DNA from: an uncultured Alphaproteobacteria bacterium
GTDB lineage: Bacteria > Pseudomonadota > Alphaproteobacteria > Rhodobacterales > Rhodobacteraceae
Assembly: GCA_963796805.1 (NCBI GenBank)
Contig: CAWCNG010000015.1
Location: forward strand, 23,596-87,595
Direction of reading: 5' to 3'
Length of the DNA stretch: 64,000 bases
Each line of letters opens with the position of its first letter. The first letter of the stretch is position 1. Positions 1 to 10,232 of this stretch are shown piece by piece. Under the pieces are notes generated by a model. The model made no database searches and was not told the origin of the DNA. It saw only the letters and a program-made list of their open reading frames with translations. Both the position numbers and the translations under genes were made by a program.

Positions 1-24
1 CCGAGTATCAGGCAGTCCCGGCGA

Positions 25-954
25 TCAGCGGATGCCTTGCGCGGACAGCTCGATTACCTGCTCGGCCTTTTCCTGGGTTATCAGGTTCGGGCCCGACGCC
101 ACGTCCCCACCGGGAACAAGACCGTAGTTGGCATTCAGCGCCAGGAACGCCACGGGCAGGTAACCCTGGAGAAACTGCTGCTGGTCGATCGCGAAGGCGG
201 CGTCGCCGTCGACGACGGCTTGCAGGAACCCCGGCGAGAGGTCGAAGCTCGCAACCTTGACGTCACCGCCGCCGCGGCCGACCGCCTTGACCGCCGCGAC
301 CGAGGGCTCGCCCGCCGTCGGCGCACCGAGCGCCATCACCGTGTCGACGTCGGGATCGGAGTCGAGGGCTGCGCGGACCTTGGACTCGACTTCGGTTGGA
401 TCGTTGCCGGTCGGCAGGACAGTGGCATTGCCTCCGAACCCCTCGATGAAGCCCTCGCAGCGAAGGTCGAGCGAGACGTTGCCGACCTCCTGGTTGACGC
501 ATATCCCCTTGGTGCCACCCATCTCGGCGAGCTTCTCGCCCGCGATCTTACCGGCGGTAAACTCGTCCTGGCCGACGTGCAGCAGAGCGCCGAGTTCGTG
601 GGACACGTCGGAGCCGGAGTTCATCGAGATGACGGGTATGCCTGCCTGCACTGCCCGCTCAATCGACGGGCCAAGCGCAGCGGAGTTGGGGATCGAGACG
701 ACAAGCCCGTCTGGCTCCTGGTTCACCGCCGCATCGATGAGCTGTGACATGGCGACCATGTCGAAGGTCTCCGGTGAGCGGAAGTCGACATTTGCGCCGG
801 TATCCTTCGCAGCCTTGTCGACCCCATTCTTGACGACGGACCAGAACGGGTCGTTCGCCTGGCCGTGCACCACGACGATGATGTCCTGCGCCAGCGCCGG
901 CGCCGCAATCGCGAGCGCGCTCGCGGCTATTGCGCCCTTGATAAAGTGCTTCAT
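25..954 (-). CDS. Sugar (inositol-type) ABC transporter substrate-binding protein
   Basis: Signal peptide MKHFIKGAIAASALAIAAPALA; HGQANDPFWSVVKNG and IDQQQFLQGY motifs of class I periplasmic binding proteins; downstream of iolG. Confidence 0.85.
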   Translation of the reverse strand: MKHFIKGAIAASALAIAAPALAQDIIVVVHGQANDPFWSVVKNGVDKAAKDTGANVDFRSPETFDMVAMSQLIDAAVNQEPDGLVVSIPNSAALGPSIERAVQAGIPVISMNSGSDVSHELGALLHVGQDEFTAGKIAGEKLAEMGGTKGICVNQEVGNVSLDLRCEGFIEGFGGNATVLPTGNDPTEVESKVRAALDSDPDVDTVMALGAPTAGEPSVAAVKAVGRGGGDVKVASFDLSPGFLQAVVDGDAAFAIDQQQFLQGYLPVAFLALNANYGLVPGGDVASGPNLITQEKAEQVIELSAQGIR

Positions 955-1024
955 GATTTCCCTCCCTTCGGGTTGCTGTTGAGGCCGCGGATGCGACCCT
1001 CTCGTTCGGCCGGCTGGCCGAATT

Positions 1025-1840
1025 TCATGCACCCGGCCGAGTCAGTGCGAGCACTGAGCCGGCAAGCTGCGCTTCGACGACGTCTGGGGTGTCACTGCCC
1101 TTGATCGGCGTGAACGGATTCGGGCCGGGGGCGTTTGTCTCGAGGATGATCGGACCCCGGTAGCCGATGTCGTTCAGAGCCGTGAGCTGAGCCGCAAAGT
1201 CGATGTTGCCCTCGCCGACTCCGCATCGGTTGCTGTCGGCGGCGTGATAAAGACCGATCCGGTCCCCGCCGGCCCGAAGAGCCGCCGCTGGATCGGCCTC
1301 CTCGATGTTCATGTGATAGGCGTCGGGCAGCAGCTTGAGGTTGCCCGCATCAACCTTGGATAGCAGGCCGAGACCTTCCCCGACCGTCCTTATCTGGTGG
1401 GTCTCGTATCGGTTCAGGATCTCGAATACGACATCAAGTCCGCGCCTCGAAGCCGCCTGGCAGATACGCCGGACGCCATCGACGAGCAACGCATCCTCCT
1501 CCTCCTGCGAGGAGATCGGCTTGATACGCGTCACCTTGCCGTGACAGGAGATCAGCGGCCGTCCCAGTTCCACCGCCCAGTCGATCAGGCGATCATAATA
1601 GCCGAGGGCCGCGTCGCGTATCGCGGCATCCGGGTGTGATATGTCTGCGTCCGCCGGGGTAATCGAAAAGACCGAGAGGTTGTGGCTTCCGAGCGTAGCC
1701 CTTGCCCGCTGCGGGTCCGTCCCATCGACATCTCCGAACAGCTCGACTCCGTTGAGGCCCACGCGGGCTGCTCTTATGGCGATCTCATCGAGCGCCACCG
1801 GTCCGAAAATCCAGGTGCAGCAGCCAAGCTTGTGATTCAT
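1025..1840 (-). CDS. Sugar phosphate isomerase/epimerase (xylose-isomerase-like TIM barrel)
   Basis: FEILNRYE, DAYHMNIEE, HAADSNR metal-binding motifs. Confidence 0.85.
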   Translation of the reverse strand: MNHKLGCCTWIFGPVALDEIAIRAARVGLNGVELFGDVDGTDPQRARATLGSHNLSVFSITPADADISHPDAAIRDAALGYYDRLIDWAVELGRPLISCHGKVTRIKPISSQEEEDALLVDGVRRICQAASRRGLDVVFEILNRYETHQIRTVGEGLGLLSKVDAGNLKLLPDAYHMNIEEADPAAALRAGGDRIGLYHAADSNRCGVGEGNIDFAAQLTALNDIGYRGPIILETNAPGPNPFTPIKGSDTPDVVEAQLAGSVLALTRPGA

Positions 1841-1857
1841 CTGAGGCCTCCGGCCGC

Positions 1858-2850
1858 TTAGGTGGGCACCGCGACGGTTTCGCCGCTTTGGGCTGAACGC
1901 GTCGCCGCTTCCGCCACCGCGAGCGCACGGACACCCTCTTCGAGCGTCACTGGCATCGGCTTCGTCTTGGTGACGGCGTCGACGAACGCAGACCACTCCG
2001 CGGCATACGCGGGCATGTAGCGCTCGAGAAAGAAGTAGGTGGGCTTGGCGCCGACCACGCCGGCCGCAGTGGATTTGCGCACCGTGTTCTCGAGAACGTT
2101 CTCTGCCTCGAGCAGCCCTTCGGCGCCCAGCAACTCAATGCGCTGGTCGTAGCCGTAAACAGCGCGACGGCTGTTCCTGATGACGGCAATCCTTCCGTCA
2201 GCCCAGGTCAGCGTCACCACGGCAGTGTCCACGTCGCCCGCGGCCCCGATGGCCGGGTCGACAACCGAACTGCCGACTGCGGTGACCCGCGCGGGAGCTC
2301 CACCCATGATCCAGCACGCCATGTCGAAATCGTGGATCATCATATCCCGAAACAGTCCGCCAGACACCTTGATATAGGAAACAGGAGGCGGCGCCGGGTC
2401 GAAGGAGGCTATGGAGAGAAGCTCGCCCTTGCCGATCTCGCCGGCGTCGAAGGCACGCTTCAGGGCCGAGAAACTCGGGTCGAAGCGCCTGTTGAACCCG
2501 ACCATGACTGGCTTTCCAGTCTTTGCCACGCGCTCCTGGCAGGCCATCGCGCGCTCAAGCGAAAGATCGACCGGCTTCTCGCAGAGCACGGCCTTCCCGG
2601 CCTCCGCGGCGGCTTCAATCAAGCTCGAGTGGGTGTCGGTGGACGTGGCGATCAGGACCGCTTCAATGCCGTCATCCGAGAGAATTGCCTCCGAGGAACG
2701 CGATTTGGCGCCGTACTTCGTGGCCAGCGCTGTTGCCGCCTCCGTATTGACGTCCGATACCGCCACGAGCCGGCTGTCCACGTTGCCAGCTATGTTCACG
2801 GCGTGCACCTGGCCGATACGGCCGGCGCCCAACAGACCCACTTTTAGCAC
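1858..2850 (-). CDS. iolG: Inositol 2-dehydrogenase (Gfo/Idh/MocA family)
   Basis: GLLGAGRIG Rossmann motif, CEKP, GFNRRFD, GGLFRDMMIHDFD, YGYDQRIE; GTG start at 2850. Confidence 0.88.
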   Translation of the reverse strand: MLKVGLLGAGRIGQVHAVNIAGNVDSRLVAVSDVNTEAATALATKYGAKSRSSEAILSDDGIEAVLIATSTDTHSSLIEAAAEAGKAVLCEKPVDLSLERAMACQERVAKTGKPVMVGFNRRFDPSFSALKRAFDAGEIGKGELLSIASFDPAPPPVSYIKVSGGLFRDMMIHDFDMACWIMGGAPARVTAVGSSVVDPAIGAAGDVDTAVVTLTWADGRIAVIRNSRRAVYGYDQRIELLGAEGLLEAENVLENTVRKSTAAGVVGAKPTYFFLERYMPAYAAEWSAFVDAVTKTKPMPVTLEEGVRALAVAEAATRSAQSGETVAVPT

Positions 2851-2858
2851 TTTTCCCC

Positions 2859-2870
2859 CGAATCGGTTGC
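2859..2870. promoter_or_regulatory. Possible LacI-family operator (CGAATCGGTTGC)
   Basis: Near match to GNAANCGNTTNC just upstream of iolG, divergent from a LacI regulator. Confidence 0.3.
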
Positions 2871-2991
2871 TTGTTTCCGGCAAGATGGGCGAGCTTGCTC
2901 TCGTGTGCAAGAATTTTTTGCCCACGAGAGCAAAAATGCTGCTAAAACGCCTCCCGGTGAGCTTGGCAGCAATCGAAGGGAGCTGAGAGTG

Positions 2992-4014
2992 ATGTCCAGG
3001 GCGTCTCCACCAACGCCGTCGAACACGGTGACGGCCGATGACGTCGCAGCAGAGGCCGGCGTCTCGCGCTGGACGGTGAACCGCGCCTTCCGTCGGGATG
3101 CGTCGATTTCGGAGAAGAGCCGGGTGAAGGTACTGGAAGTGTCGCAGCGGCTCGGCTACGCGCCGGATCTCCTCGCCTCCAGCCTCCGCTCGGATCGCTC
3201 CAACCTCGTCGCCCTTCTGGTGGACGACTTCGCCAACCCGCACAAGCTGGTCATGATGGAGCGGCTTACCCGGGTCCTGCGCCAGAACGGCTGGGACACA
3301 CTGCTCGTCAACACGCTTAGCGCGGAGGATGCCCCCGGCGCGCTGCTCACCGCGAGCCAGCGGCGCGTTGATGCCGCCATACTCATAGGACTCAACTTCG
3401 ACGAGCAGGTTCTGGAGACGGCCTTGGGGGCTCGCCGCGTTCGAAAGCTCATCGTATTCGCCCGCACCTCCCGGAACCAGAACACCATCTCGATCTGCTG
3501 CGATGACTTCGCAGCAATGTCGACCATCGCCGAGTACATCATTTCAAAAGGGTATCTGCAGCCGATGTTTCTGGCAGGTCCCAACACCTACTCGGCACAC
3601 CTGATGCGGAAGGAGACCTTCCTCTCGAAGTGGGAGGAAGCACGCGGCACGATCCCGGAGTGCTTTTCGGTGCCGACCTACGATCCCAAGCTTGCGTTCG
3701 AAGTGGTATCCCGGCAGCTCGGGGCGCGCGACCGGACTGACCTCCCTGACATCATCGTCTGTGAGAATGATGCGCTTGCCATCGGCGCCGTCGATGCAAT
3801 CCGCCATTGCCTGGGTCTGCGCGTGCCGGAGGACATTGCAGTCACCGGGTTCGACGACGTGCCGCAGGCCGAGAGCCCCAACTATCGGCTGACGACATAC
3901 CGGCAGCCTCTCACGGCGATGGCGGAGGGGCTGATCGAGATTCTCAATAATCAGAAGCCACGCACCGAGCTCCGCGAATTTCTGGGGCGCATGGTAATCA
4001 GGCACAGTGCATGA
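2992..4014 (+). CDS. LacI-family transcriptional regulator
   Basis: VTADDVAAEAGVSRWTVNRAF HTH; LGYAPDLLASSL hinge; VPEDIAVTGFDD. Confidence 0.92.
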   Translation: MSRASPPTPSNTVTADDVAAEAGVSRWTVNRAFRRDASISEKSRVKVLEVSQRLGYAPDLLASSLRSDRSNLVALLVDDFANPHKLVMMERLTRVLRQNGWDTLLVNTLSAEDAPGALLTASQRRVDAAILIGLNFDEQVLETALGARRVRKLIVFARTSRNQNTISICCDDFAAMSTIAEYIISKGYLQPMFLAGPNTYSAHLMRKETFLSKWEEARGTIPECFSVPTYDPKLAFEVVSRQLGARDRTDLPDIIVCENDALAIGAVDAIRHCLGLRVPEDIAVTGFDDVPQAESPNYRLTTYRQPLTAMAEGLIEILNNQKPRTELREFLGRMVIRHSA

Positions 4015-4068
4015 TCATACGGCCGCAAGGGGACCGTCCGGTATTGAGTTCGTCATGACGCCGGACCT

Positions 4069-4239
4069 TCAACGGAACGCCCCCCGTCCGATCAGGCCGC
4101 GAGCGCGCGGCTGCAGGACCTTGAGGGTGATCGAGGTCGGCAGTTCGACTTCGCGCCAGATCGGCGGGTTTGCGCCCTCGAGAGCGATCCGTACGGTGGC
4201 GATCTCAGCGAAACTGTCGATGGACCTCGGTGTCTTCAT
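4069..4239 (-). pseudogene. N-terminal fragment of plasmid pRiA4b ORF-3 family protein
   Basis: IATVRIALEGANPPIWREVELPTSITLKVL resembles the family N-terminus; similarity ends abruptly. Confidence 0.6.
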
Positions 4240-4314
4240 GCCGCCGGGTGGGACCCCCAAGGGCAAGCATTACGCCGAACGCGCCTAAAATTGCGGCAAC
4301 GAGAACCCGCGAAT

Positions 4315-4427
4315 CAACGCGGCCAGGAGACCTTCGCGGGGTCAGCGCTGGCGACCGCGGCGGTAAAGATGTGCACGAAAAGGCTCCGGGCGAAGGCCTA
4401 TCGCTGTTCGCCACCGGTGTTTGCCAT
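4315..4427 (-). pseudogene. N-terminal remnant of TtuD-like glycerate kinase/hydroxypyruvate reductase
   Basis: Hand translation MANTGGEQR*AFARSLFVHIFTAAVASADPAKV (internal TAG), directly downstream of the ttuC remnant. Confidence 0.5.
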
Positions 4428-4436
4428 GGCACATCC

Positions 4437-4586
4437 TCAGATGTTGGAGCCGCGGATCGCTTCGCAAACGGCGTCGGCAACCTCCTGCGTCGTGGCCTTG
4501 CCGCCGACGTCGGGGGTCATCGTGCCGTCGGCACAGACCTCCTCGACCGCGCGCATAAGCCGGGTCGCGGCCTTCGGCTCGCCGAG
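4437..4586 (-). pseudogene. C-terminal remnant of tartrate dehydrogenase/beta-decarboxylating dehydrogenase (TtuC-like), truncated at IS21
   Basis: Hand translation LGEPKAATRLMRAVEEVCADGTMTPDVGGKATTQEVADAVCEAIRGSNI*; abuts the IS21 end at 4587. Confidence 0.75.
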
Positions 4587-4659
4587 TGTTGATTTCCACT
4601 GAGAGCTGACCCGGGCTTTCCATCGAGAAGTGACCCGCCTGAAGGTTATGGTCGCCGGT

Positions 4660-5451
4660 TCAGGTCTGGGTCAATGGCGGTCCTGCCTCCTTCTTTCTGC
4701 GCGCCGCCTCGGCGCTGGCCCTGAAGCGGAAGCTGTCGTTTCCGGTCTCGAGGATGTGGCAGCGATGGGTCAGTCGATCGAGGAGCGCGGTGGTCATCTT
4801 GGCGTCACCGAAGACCGTGGCCCATTCGCTGAAGCTGAGATTGGTGGTGATGGCGACGCTGGTACGCTCGTAGAGCTTGCTCAGAAGGTGGAAGAGCAAA
4901 GCCCCGCCCGTGGCGCTGAACGGCAGGTAGCCCAGCTCGTCCAGGATCACGAGGTCGGCGCGCGTGAGGCTCTCGGCGATCTGCCCGGCTTTGCCCTTCG
5001 CCTTCTCCTGCTCGAGCGTGTTGACGAGCTCGATCGTGGAGAAGAAGCGGACCTTCTTTCGATGGTGCTCGACGGCCTGGACCCCGAGCGCGGTCGCGAC
5101 ATGCGTCTTTCCCGTGCCCGGTCCGCCGATCAGGACAACGTTGTGGGCGCCGTCGATGAACTCGCACCGGTGCAGCTGGCGGACCAGGGGCTCGTTGATC
5201 TCGCTGGCGGCGAAGTCGAACCCGGCCAGGTCCTTGTAGGCCGGGAAGCGCGCGGCCTTGAGGTGATAGGCGATGGACCGGACTTCGCGTTCCGCGACTT
5301 CGGCCTTCAGCAGTTGCGACAGGATCGGCACGGCCGCCTCGAAGGCGGGCGAGCCCTGTTCGACAAGGTCCTCGACGGCCTGGGCCATCCCGTATGTCTT
5401 CAGGCTGCGCATCATGATGACGATGGCGGCGCTGGCGGGGTCATGACGCAT
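4660..5451 (-). CDS. istB: IS21 helper ATPase IstB
   Basis: Walker A GGPGTGKT, Walker [18 protein letters not shown]. Confidence 0.95.
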   Translation of the reverse strand: MRHDPASAAIVIMMRSLKTYGMAQAVEDLVEQGSPAFEAAVPILSQLLKAEVAEREVRSIAYHLKAARFPAYKDLAGFDFAASEINEPLVRQLHRCEFIDGAHNVVLIGGPGTGKTHVATALGVQAVEHHRKKVRFFSTIELVNTLEQEKAKGKAGQIAESLTRADLVILDELGYLPFSATGGALLFHLLSKLYERTSVAITTNLSFSEWATVFGDAKMTTALLDRLTHRCHILETGNDSFRFRASAEAARRKKEAGPPLTQT

Positions 5452-6973
5452 GGCGCACCCCCCGGGCCTGGCCGCGCAGTCCGTCATAGCGCTCGACATT
5501 CGCCCTGGGCTCCTCGATCAGCGCCAGACCCGTCGGCGGGGCGACCTCGGGCGTGCCTGAGGGGCTTTCGTCGATCAGCCGGTGCAGCAGATTGAGCACA
5601 TGGGTCTTGGTCGGCACCCCGGCCTCGAGGGCCAGTTCCACCGCGCAGAGCACCGCCTCTTCGTCGTGCTGCAGCACCAGGGCGAGGATCTCCACCATCT
5701 CCCTGTCGCCGCCCAGGTGCTTGAGCAGATGCTGCTGGAGCGCGCGGAAAGCTTCGGGCAGTTCGGCAAAGGGCGCGCCATTCCTGAGCGCCCCTGGCTT
5801 TCGCTGGATGACGGCCAGGTAGTGGCGCCAGTCGTAGATCGTCCGGGGCGGCAGCTTGTGCGCGCGCTGGATCACCCGCGCATGTTCGCAGACGATCCGC
5901 CCCTCGGCCGCGACCACGAGCCGGTCGGGGTAGATCCGCAGGCTGACCGGCCGATTGGCGAACGAGGCTGGCACGCTGTAGCGGTTCCGCTCGAAGCTGA
6001 TCAGGCAGGTCGGCGACACCCGCTTGCTCTGCTCGACGAAGCCGTCGAAGGCCGGCGGCGTCGGCATCAGGGCGGACTTCTCCAGGGCCCATACCTCCGC
6101 GATCGTCCCCGGCAGCGCGCCGTGCGGCGTGCGCTCCCACTGCTCGATGCAGCGCCGCTCGAGCCAGGCATTCAGCGCCGCCAGGTCGGGAAAGTCCGGC
6201 ATCAGCTGCAGGATCAGGCGGCGGGTATCCAGAACGTTCTTCTCGACCTGGCCTTTCTCCCAGCCGGCCGCCGGATTGCAGAACTCGGGCTCGAAGAGGT
6301 AGTGGCTGGTCATCGCCAGGAACCGGGCGTTGACCTGACGCGCCTTCCCTGTGCCCACTCGGTCCACCGCGGTCTTCATATTGTCGTAGATGCCCCGCCG
6401 CGGCACGCCGCCAAAGACCCGGAATGCGTGCCGGTGGGCATCGAACAGCATCTCGTGGGTCTGCAACAGGTAGGCCCGGAGCAGGAACGCCCGGCTGTGC
6501 GAGAGCTTGATGTGGGCGACCTGGAGCTTCGTATTCTCCCCGACAAGCGCCGCCCAGTCCTCGCTCCAGTCGAACTGGAAGGCCTCCCCTGGTTGGAACA
6601 CCAGCGGCACGAAAACGCCGCGTCCGGCGGTCTGCTGCTCGCGCTGGCGGCCGGCCTTCCACTTCCGTGCGAAGGCTGCGACCCGACCATACGAGCCCTC
6701 GTAGCCGAGGGCGACCAGATCGGCATGGATCTGCTTCAGGGTCCGTCGCCCCTTGCGGGACTTGCCCGCCTCCGTCTTCAGCCAGGCCGACAGCTGGTCG
6801 GCGTAGGGGTCCAGCTTGCTCGGCCGCTCTGGAACCCTGAACGTCGGTCCCACCGTCCCCGACCGCAGGTACTTGCGGATCGTATTCCGCGACAGCCCCG
6901 TCCGCCGTGCAATCTCCCGGATGGAAAGCTGATCCCGCAATGCCCACCGTCGGATCACGCTCAATAACGCCAT
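5441..6973 (-). CDS. istA: IS21 transposase IstA
   Basis: N-terminal HTH, FQFDWSE, IYDNMKT, EKGQVE DDE motifs. Confidence 0.95.
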   Translation of the reverse strand: MALLSVIRRWALRDQLSIREIARRTGLSRNTIRKYLRSGTVGPTFRVPERPSKLDPYADQLSAWLKTEAGKSRKGRRTLKQIHADLVALGYEGSYGRVAAFARKWKAGRQREQQTAGRGVFVPLVFQPGEAFQFDWSEDWAALVGENTKLQVAHIKLSHSRAFLLRAYLLQTHEMLFDAHRHAFRVFGGVPRRGIYDNMKTAVDRVGTGKARQVNARFLAMTSHYLFEPEFCNPAAGWEKGQVEKNVLDTRRLILQLMPDFPDLAALNAWLERRCIEQWERTPHGALPGTIAEVWALEKSALMPTPPAFDGFVEQSKRVSPTCLISFERNRYSVPASFANRPVSLRIYPDRLVVAAEGRIVCEHARVIQRAHKLPPRTIYDWRHYLAVIQRKPGALRNGAPFAELPEAFRALQQHLLKHLGGDREMVEILALVLQHDEEAVLCAVELALEAGVPTKTHVLNLLHRLIDESPSGTPEVAPPTGLALIEEPRANVERYDGLRGQARGVRHAS

Positions 6974-7885
6974 GTCGATCACTCCGTTGCCCCCGCTTCT
7001 CCAGCCAGGGGACGTTCGAACATGGGTCACTTCTCAGTGGAAATCTCCCGGCCGCCCGGGTCAGTTCTCAGCGGCAATCAACACTGTATTGAAAGGTGGG
7101 ACCGTCCGGCGCGTCGGCGCGACGCGAGGTTCGCGCTCCGACCAGGGCGGCCCTTTCCGTACCGCCGACGTTAGAGATCGAAGATCGTGAATCATGGGGC
7201 CGATTTCGGACCGCCTTCCGGTTCCCTTGGGGCGGCTTCGACGGCCCCGAATTGCGGGTAAGTGTCCGGACGGAACTTCGAGTAAACTTGAGCGATGCCT
7301 TGGCAGCCGCAGTCGCGGCACTCTGTTCTCTTCTATACTGGTGAGGCCGGTCGGACACGAAATGCTTTGGGCCAATGCGAAAAGGTATTGGAAAAATTAA
7401 CGAAAGACTTTGCCTCAACGAACCGGAAATTCTTCAACGATTCCGGGGCGGCGTGCGAAAAGCTTCGCTCGAACCTACAGCGGCGGTGTAGGTTCGCGCA
7501 TAAGGTTGCGTTTCACCCATATCTTTGCGCGTTAGCGCATTAGCTTGCGGAGCGCGCGAATTCATTCGACGTGCGTTGACCATAGTGGAAGCATCGCGTG
7601 AGACCCGCCGCGTCTCGATAGCGATGTGCGTAGAGACAAGATGGAAGCGTCTGATGTTCATCGCGACGGCGGTCGCTCCGATGCGCGTTGCCGGGAGAGC
7701 GGCGCAGCAACTCCCCGAATCCGGCGCTGCCTGTCGTCGAGGATGCCCTGCTCGAGACTGGCCGTTCTGGCAGTTCCGGTTCGCTCCGCTCATGCTGACG
7801 GCAGTCGGCGCTTATCGCTTCGCCAGCGGGGTTCTGGGCGGCGTCGGAATGCCCGGCGCCGGGCTGTGAGGCGGTGGGGTGGGCG

Positions 7886-8470
7886 TCAGGTGGCGGCGAG
7901 CCAGATCATGCGGCGCATGTTGTAGACGAGGTTCGCGAGCCCGATCTTCACCGTCGCCCTCGCGGGCCCGATGGTGCGGATGACCAGCGCCATGGGGCCC
8001 TTCTGGCGGGCGAAGACGTGCTCGACGTGGGCACGGACCTCCGACCTGGCGGCATTGGCGCGGGAGACATTCTTCGGCATGGGCTTGCCCATGGGCTTCT
8101 TGCGGTGAATGCGGCTCTGGAAGCCTTTGGCCGCGAGATGCGCCTCATTCTTCGCCGAGCGATATGCGGTTTCGGCCCAAACCGAGCTCCCGGTGTTCGT
8201 CTTGTCGAGCAGGCCGGGCAGTTGCGCGCCGTCGTGGCGGGCGGCATCGGTCGCGGTCCAGGTTCGGATCAGCCCGTGGCGGCGGTCGATGCCGACATGG
8301 TTCTTGTAGCCGAACATCGGAATGGCGATGTCGACGCGCTTCGCGCCGTCCGCCGACGGCTTGGCCTTGGAATATTTCACCGTCCAGCGCGAATCGCGGT
8401 CCTTTTGCGCCAGCTTGGCGGGCCTCTGCGCCCAGGCCTCGGGGATGCGGCCCTCCTTCAGCGCCCGCTT
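7886..8470 (-). pseudogene. IS5-family transposase, C-terminal half only
   Basis: KDRDSRWTVK, FGYKNH, AARHDG, VWAETAY (catalytic D apparently replaced by E), RAHVEHVFARQK; N-terminus missing. Confidence 0.85.
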
Positions 8471-8504
8471 CCCACACGTCCCAAAAGCCCTGACGACGGA
8501 CACC

Positions 8505-8555
8505 ATGCACAACGCATGCACATTCCATACAATAGGTAGAATGGTCAGGATTGAG
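8505..8555 (+). repeat. 11-bp-period micro-array element, copy A
   Basis: ATGCACAACGC ATGCACATTCC ATACAATA then GGTAGAATGGTCAGGATTGAG. Confidence 0.55.
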
Positions 8556-8637
8556 CTCCTGCACCGGCCCGGTCGAGGGCGAAGAGGCGGGCGAGGATCT
8601 CGTCGTCGCCGAGCCGCTCGGCGCGCCAGTCGTCGCC
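8545..8637 (-). pseudogene. Extreme C-terminal remnant of MmeI/YeeA-like type IIG/IIL DNA methyltransferase
   Basis: Hand translation GDDWRAERLGDDEILARLFALDRAGAGAQS* resembles the ...DDEILARLFALN... tail of this family. Confidence 0.5.
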
Positions 8638-8651
8638 CGGAGGGCACCTTG

Positions 8652-8981
8652 TCAGTCCTCCGGCGGGCTGCGGAGGATGGCTTGGGCGATGGCGGTGACG
8701 GCGGCGACGAAGATGCCGATGCCGGCGAAGATGTAGCCGATGGTGAAGATCTTGCCGAGGGCGGTCTTCGGCGTCAGGTCGCCGTAGCCGATCGTGGCGA
8801 TCGTGACGACCGAGAAGTAGGCGGAGTCGAGCAGGGTCCAGCCTTCGACGATCCAGAAGACAATCGTGGCGAGCCCGATGAGCGAGAGTGCGAGGAGGAG
8901 CACGCCCTTCACCTCGGGCTCGCGCCAGGCGATGCGGAGGCCGCGGAAGAGGCGGCGGATGTTGGCGAAGGGCCGCGTCAT
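8652..8981 (-). CDS. Two-TM potassium channel (Ion_trans_2)
   Basis: YFSVVTIATIGYGD selectivity filter, two TM helices; ATGA overlap with upstream antiporter. Confidence 0.88.
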   Translation of the reverse strand: MTRPFANIRRLFRGLRIAWREPEVKGVLLLALSLIGLATIVFWIVEGWTLLDSAYFSVVTIATIGYGDLTPKTALGKIFTIGYIFAGIGIFVAAVTAIAQAILRSPPED

Positions 8982-10186
8982 GCCCGGTCCGTCCGGCCGC
9001 GCCAGATCGGGGTCAACGCGTGCACAAGCGGATTGGCGGAGACACCGTGGGCGAAGACGCTGAGCAGGACGGTGCAGACGATTGTGGCGGCGATGGTCGC
9101 CTGGCCGGGGAGGTCCGCCTCGAGGACGATGGCGCCGAAGACGATACTGGCGAGGCCGCGCGGGCCGAACCAGCCGATGAAGAGGCGGTCGATGGCGGGG
9201 ACCGTGGTGCCGGCGAGGCTGAGGGCGACCGGAACCATGCGCACCACGGTGAGGCTGAGGATGGCGTAGGCGAGGATGCGCGGGGTGATCGCCGGCCAGG
9301 CCTGCCAGACGGCGATGGCGCCGAAGGCGGTCCAGGTGAGCAGCGCGAGCGCGTCGCCGGTGCTCTCGGCGCCCTTCAGCAGCGCGTGGCGGCTCTCGGC
9401 GCGGCGGATGCCGAAGACGAGGCCGCCGGCGAAGCAGGCGATGAAGCCGCTGCCGCCGAGGTGCTGGGCCAGCGCGAAGCAGGCGACGGCGAGGGCCACG
9501 GCGGGGAGGCCGCGCCAGGTGTCGCCGACCCAGCCGCGGTCGAAGGCGCGGCGGATGAGGAAGGCGGCAGGCGCGGCCAGCGCGGCGCCGACCAGCAGCC
9601 CGATGCCGATTTCCTCGACGACGGTGGCGAGGATGTGGACGAGGGGCTGGCGGGTGATCTCGGTTCCGACCGCGACCTCGAGCAGCAGGATGACGAGGGG
9701 CACGCAGATCCCGTCGTTGAGGCCGCTCTCGAAGTTCAGCGCCTCGCGGGTGTCGGGCGGGACGCGGGGGTTGCTGACCACGGGCTTGCCGAGGGCGGCG
9801 TCGGTGGGGGCGAGGATGGCGGCGATAAGTGCGATCTCGACGAGGGCGAGGTGTGGGAAGAGGGCCCAGCCGGCGAGGAAGCCGAGGATCACGGTGAGCG
9901 GCAGGCCGATGAGCAGGAGGCGCCGGGGCAGGAAGCGCGCGTGGCGAATGCGGGCGAAGTCGGCGTTGGCGGCGTCGGTGAAGAGGACGACGGCGAGGGT
10001 GAGCTCGGCGAGGAGCCGCAGGTCCTCGGCCGAGAGGTGCAGCGACATGACGCCGCTCGCCGGGCCGAGGAGGAGGCCGGCGAGGACGAAGACGATCGGG
10101 CCGCTGAGGCGGGAGCGCTCCACCCGGCCGGACACGAGCGCGTAGACGAGCGCGAAGACCGCAAGAAGGGCTGCGTTGAGATACAT
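8978..10186 (-). CDS. Cation:proton antiporter (CPA1/NhaP-like)
   Basis: LAPTDAALG, ESGLNDG, WFGPRGLASIVF motifs; multi-TM. Confidence 0.9.
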   Translation of the reverse strand: MYLNAALLAVFALVYALVSGRVERSRLSGPIVFVLAGLLLGPASGVMSLHLSAEDLRLLAELTLAVVLFTDAANADFARIRHARFLPRRLLLIGLPLTVILGFLAGWALFPHLALVEIALIAAILAPTDAALGKPVVSNPRVPPDTREALNFESGLNDGICVPLVILLLEVAVGTEITRQPLVHILATVVEEIGIGLLVGAALAAPAAFLIRRAFDRGWVGDTWRGLPAVALAVACFALAQHLGGSGFIACFAGGLVFGIRRAESRHALLKGAESTGDALALLTWTAFGAIAVWQAWPAITPRILAYAILSLTVVRMVPVALSLAGTTVPAIDRLFIGWFGPRGLASIVFGAIVLEADLPGQATIAATIVCTVLLSVFAHGVSANPLVHALTPIWRGRTDRA

Positions 10187-10232
10187 CTGCGGCCCCGATC
10201 GTGGCGTGGGCCGCCAGCTTAGCCGGGACGGC

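Larger units (their letters stand above)
4587..7083 (-). mobile_element. IS21-family insertion sequence (~2.5 kb, complete)
   Basis: Terminal IRs TGTTGATTTCCACTGAGAGCTGACCCGG and (reverse complement) TGTTGATTGCCGCTGAGAACTGACCCGG; subterminal GAGAA/GCTGACCC repeats; istA+istB; no target duplication seen. Confidence 0.95.
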
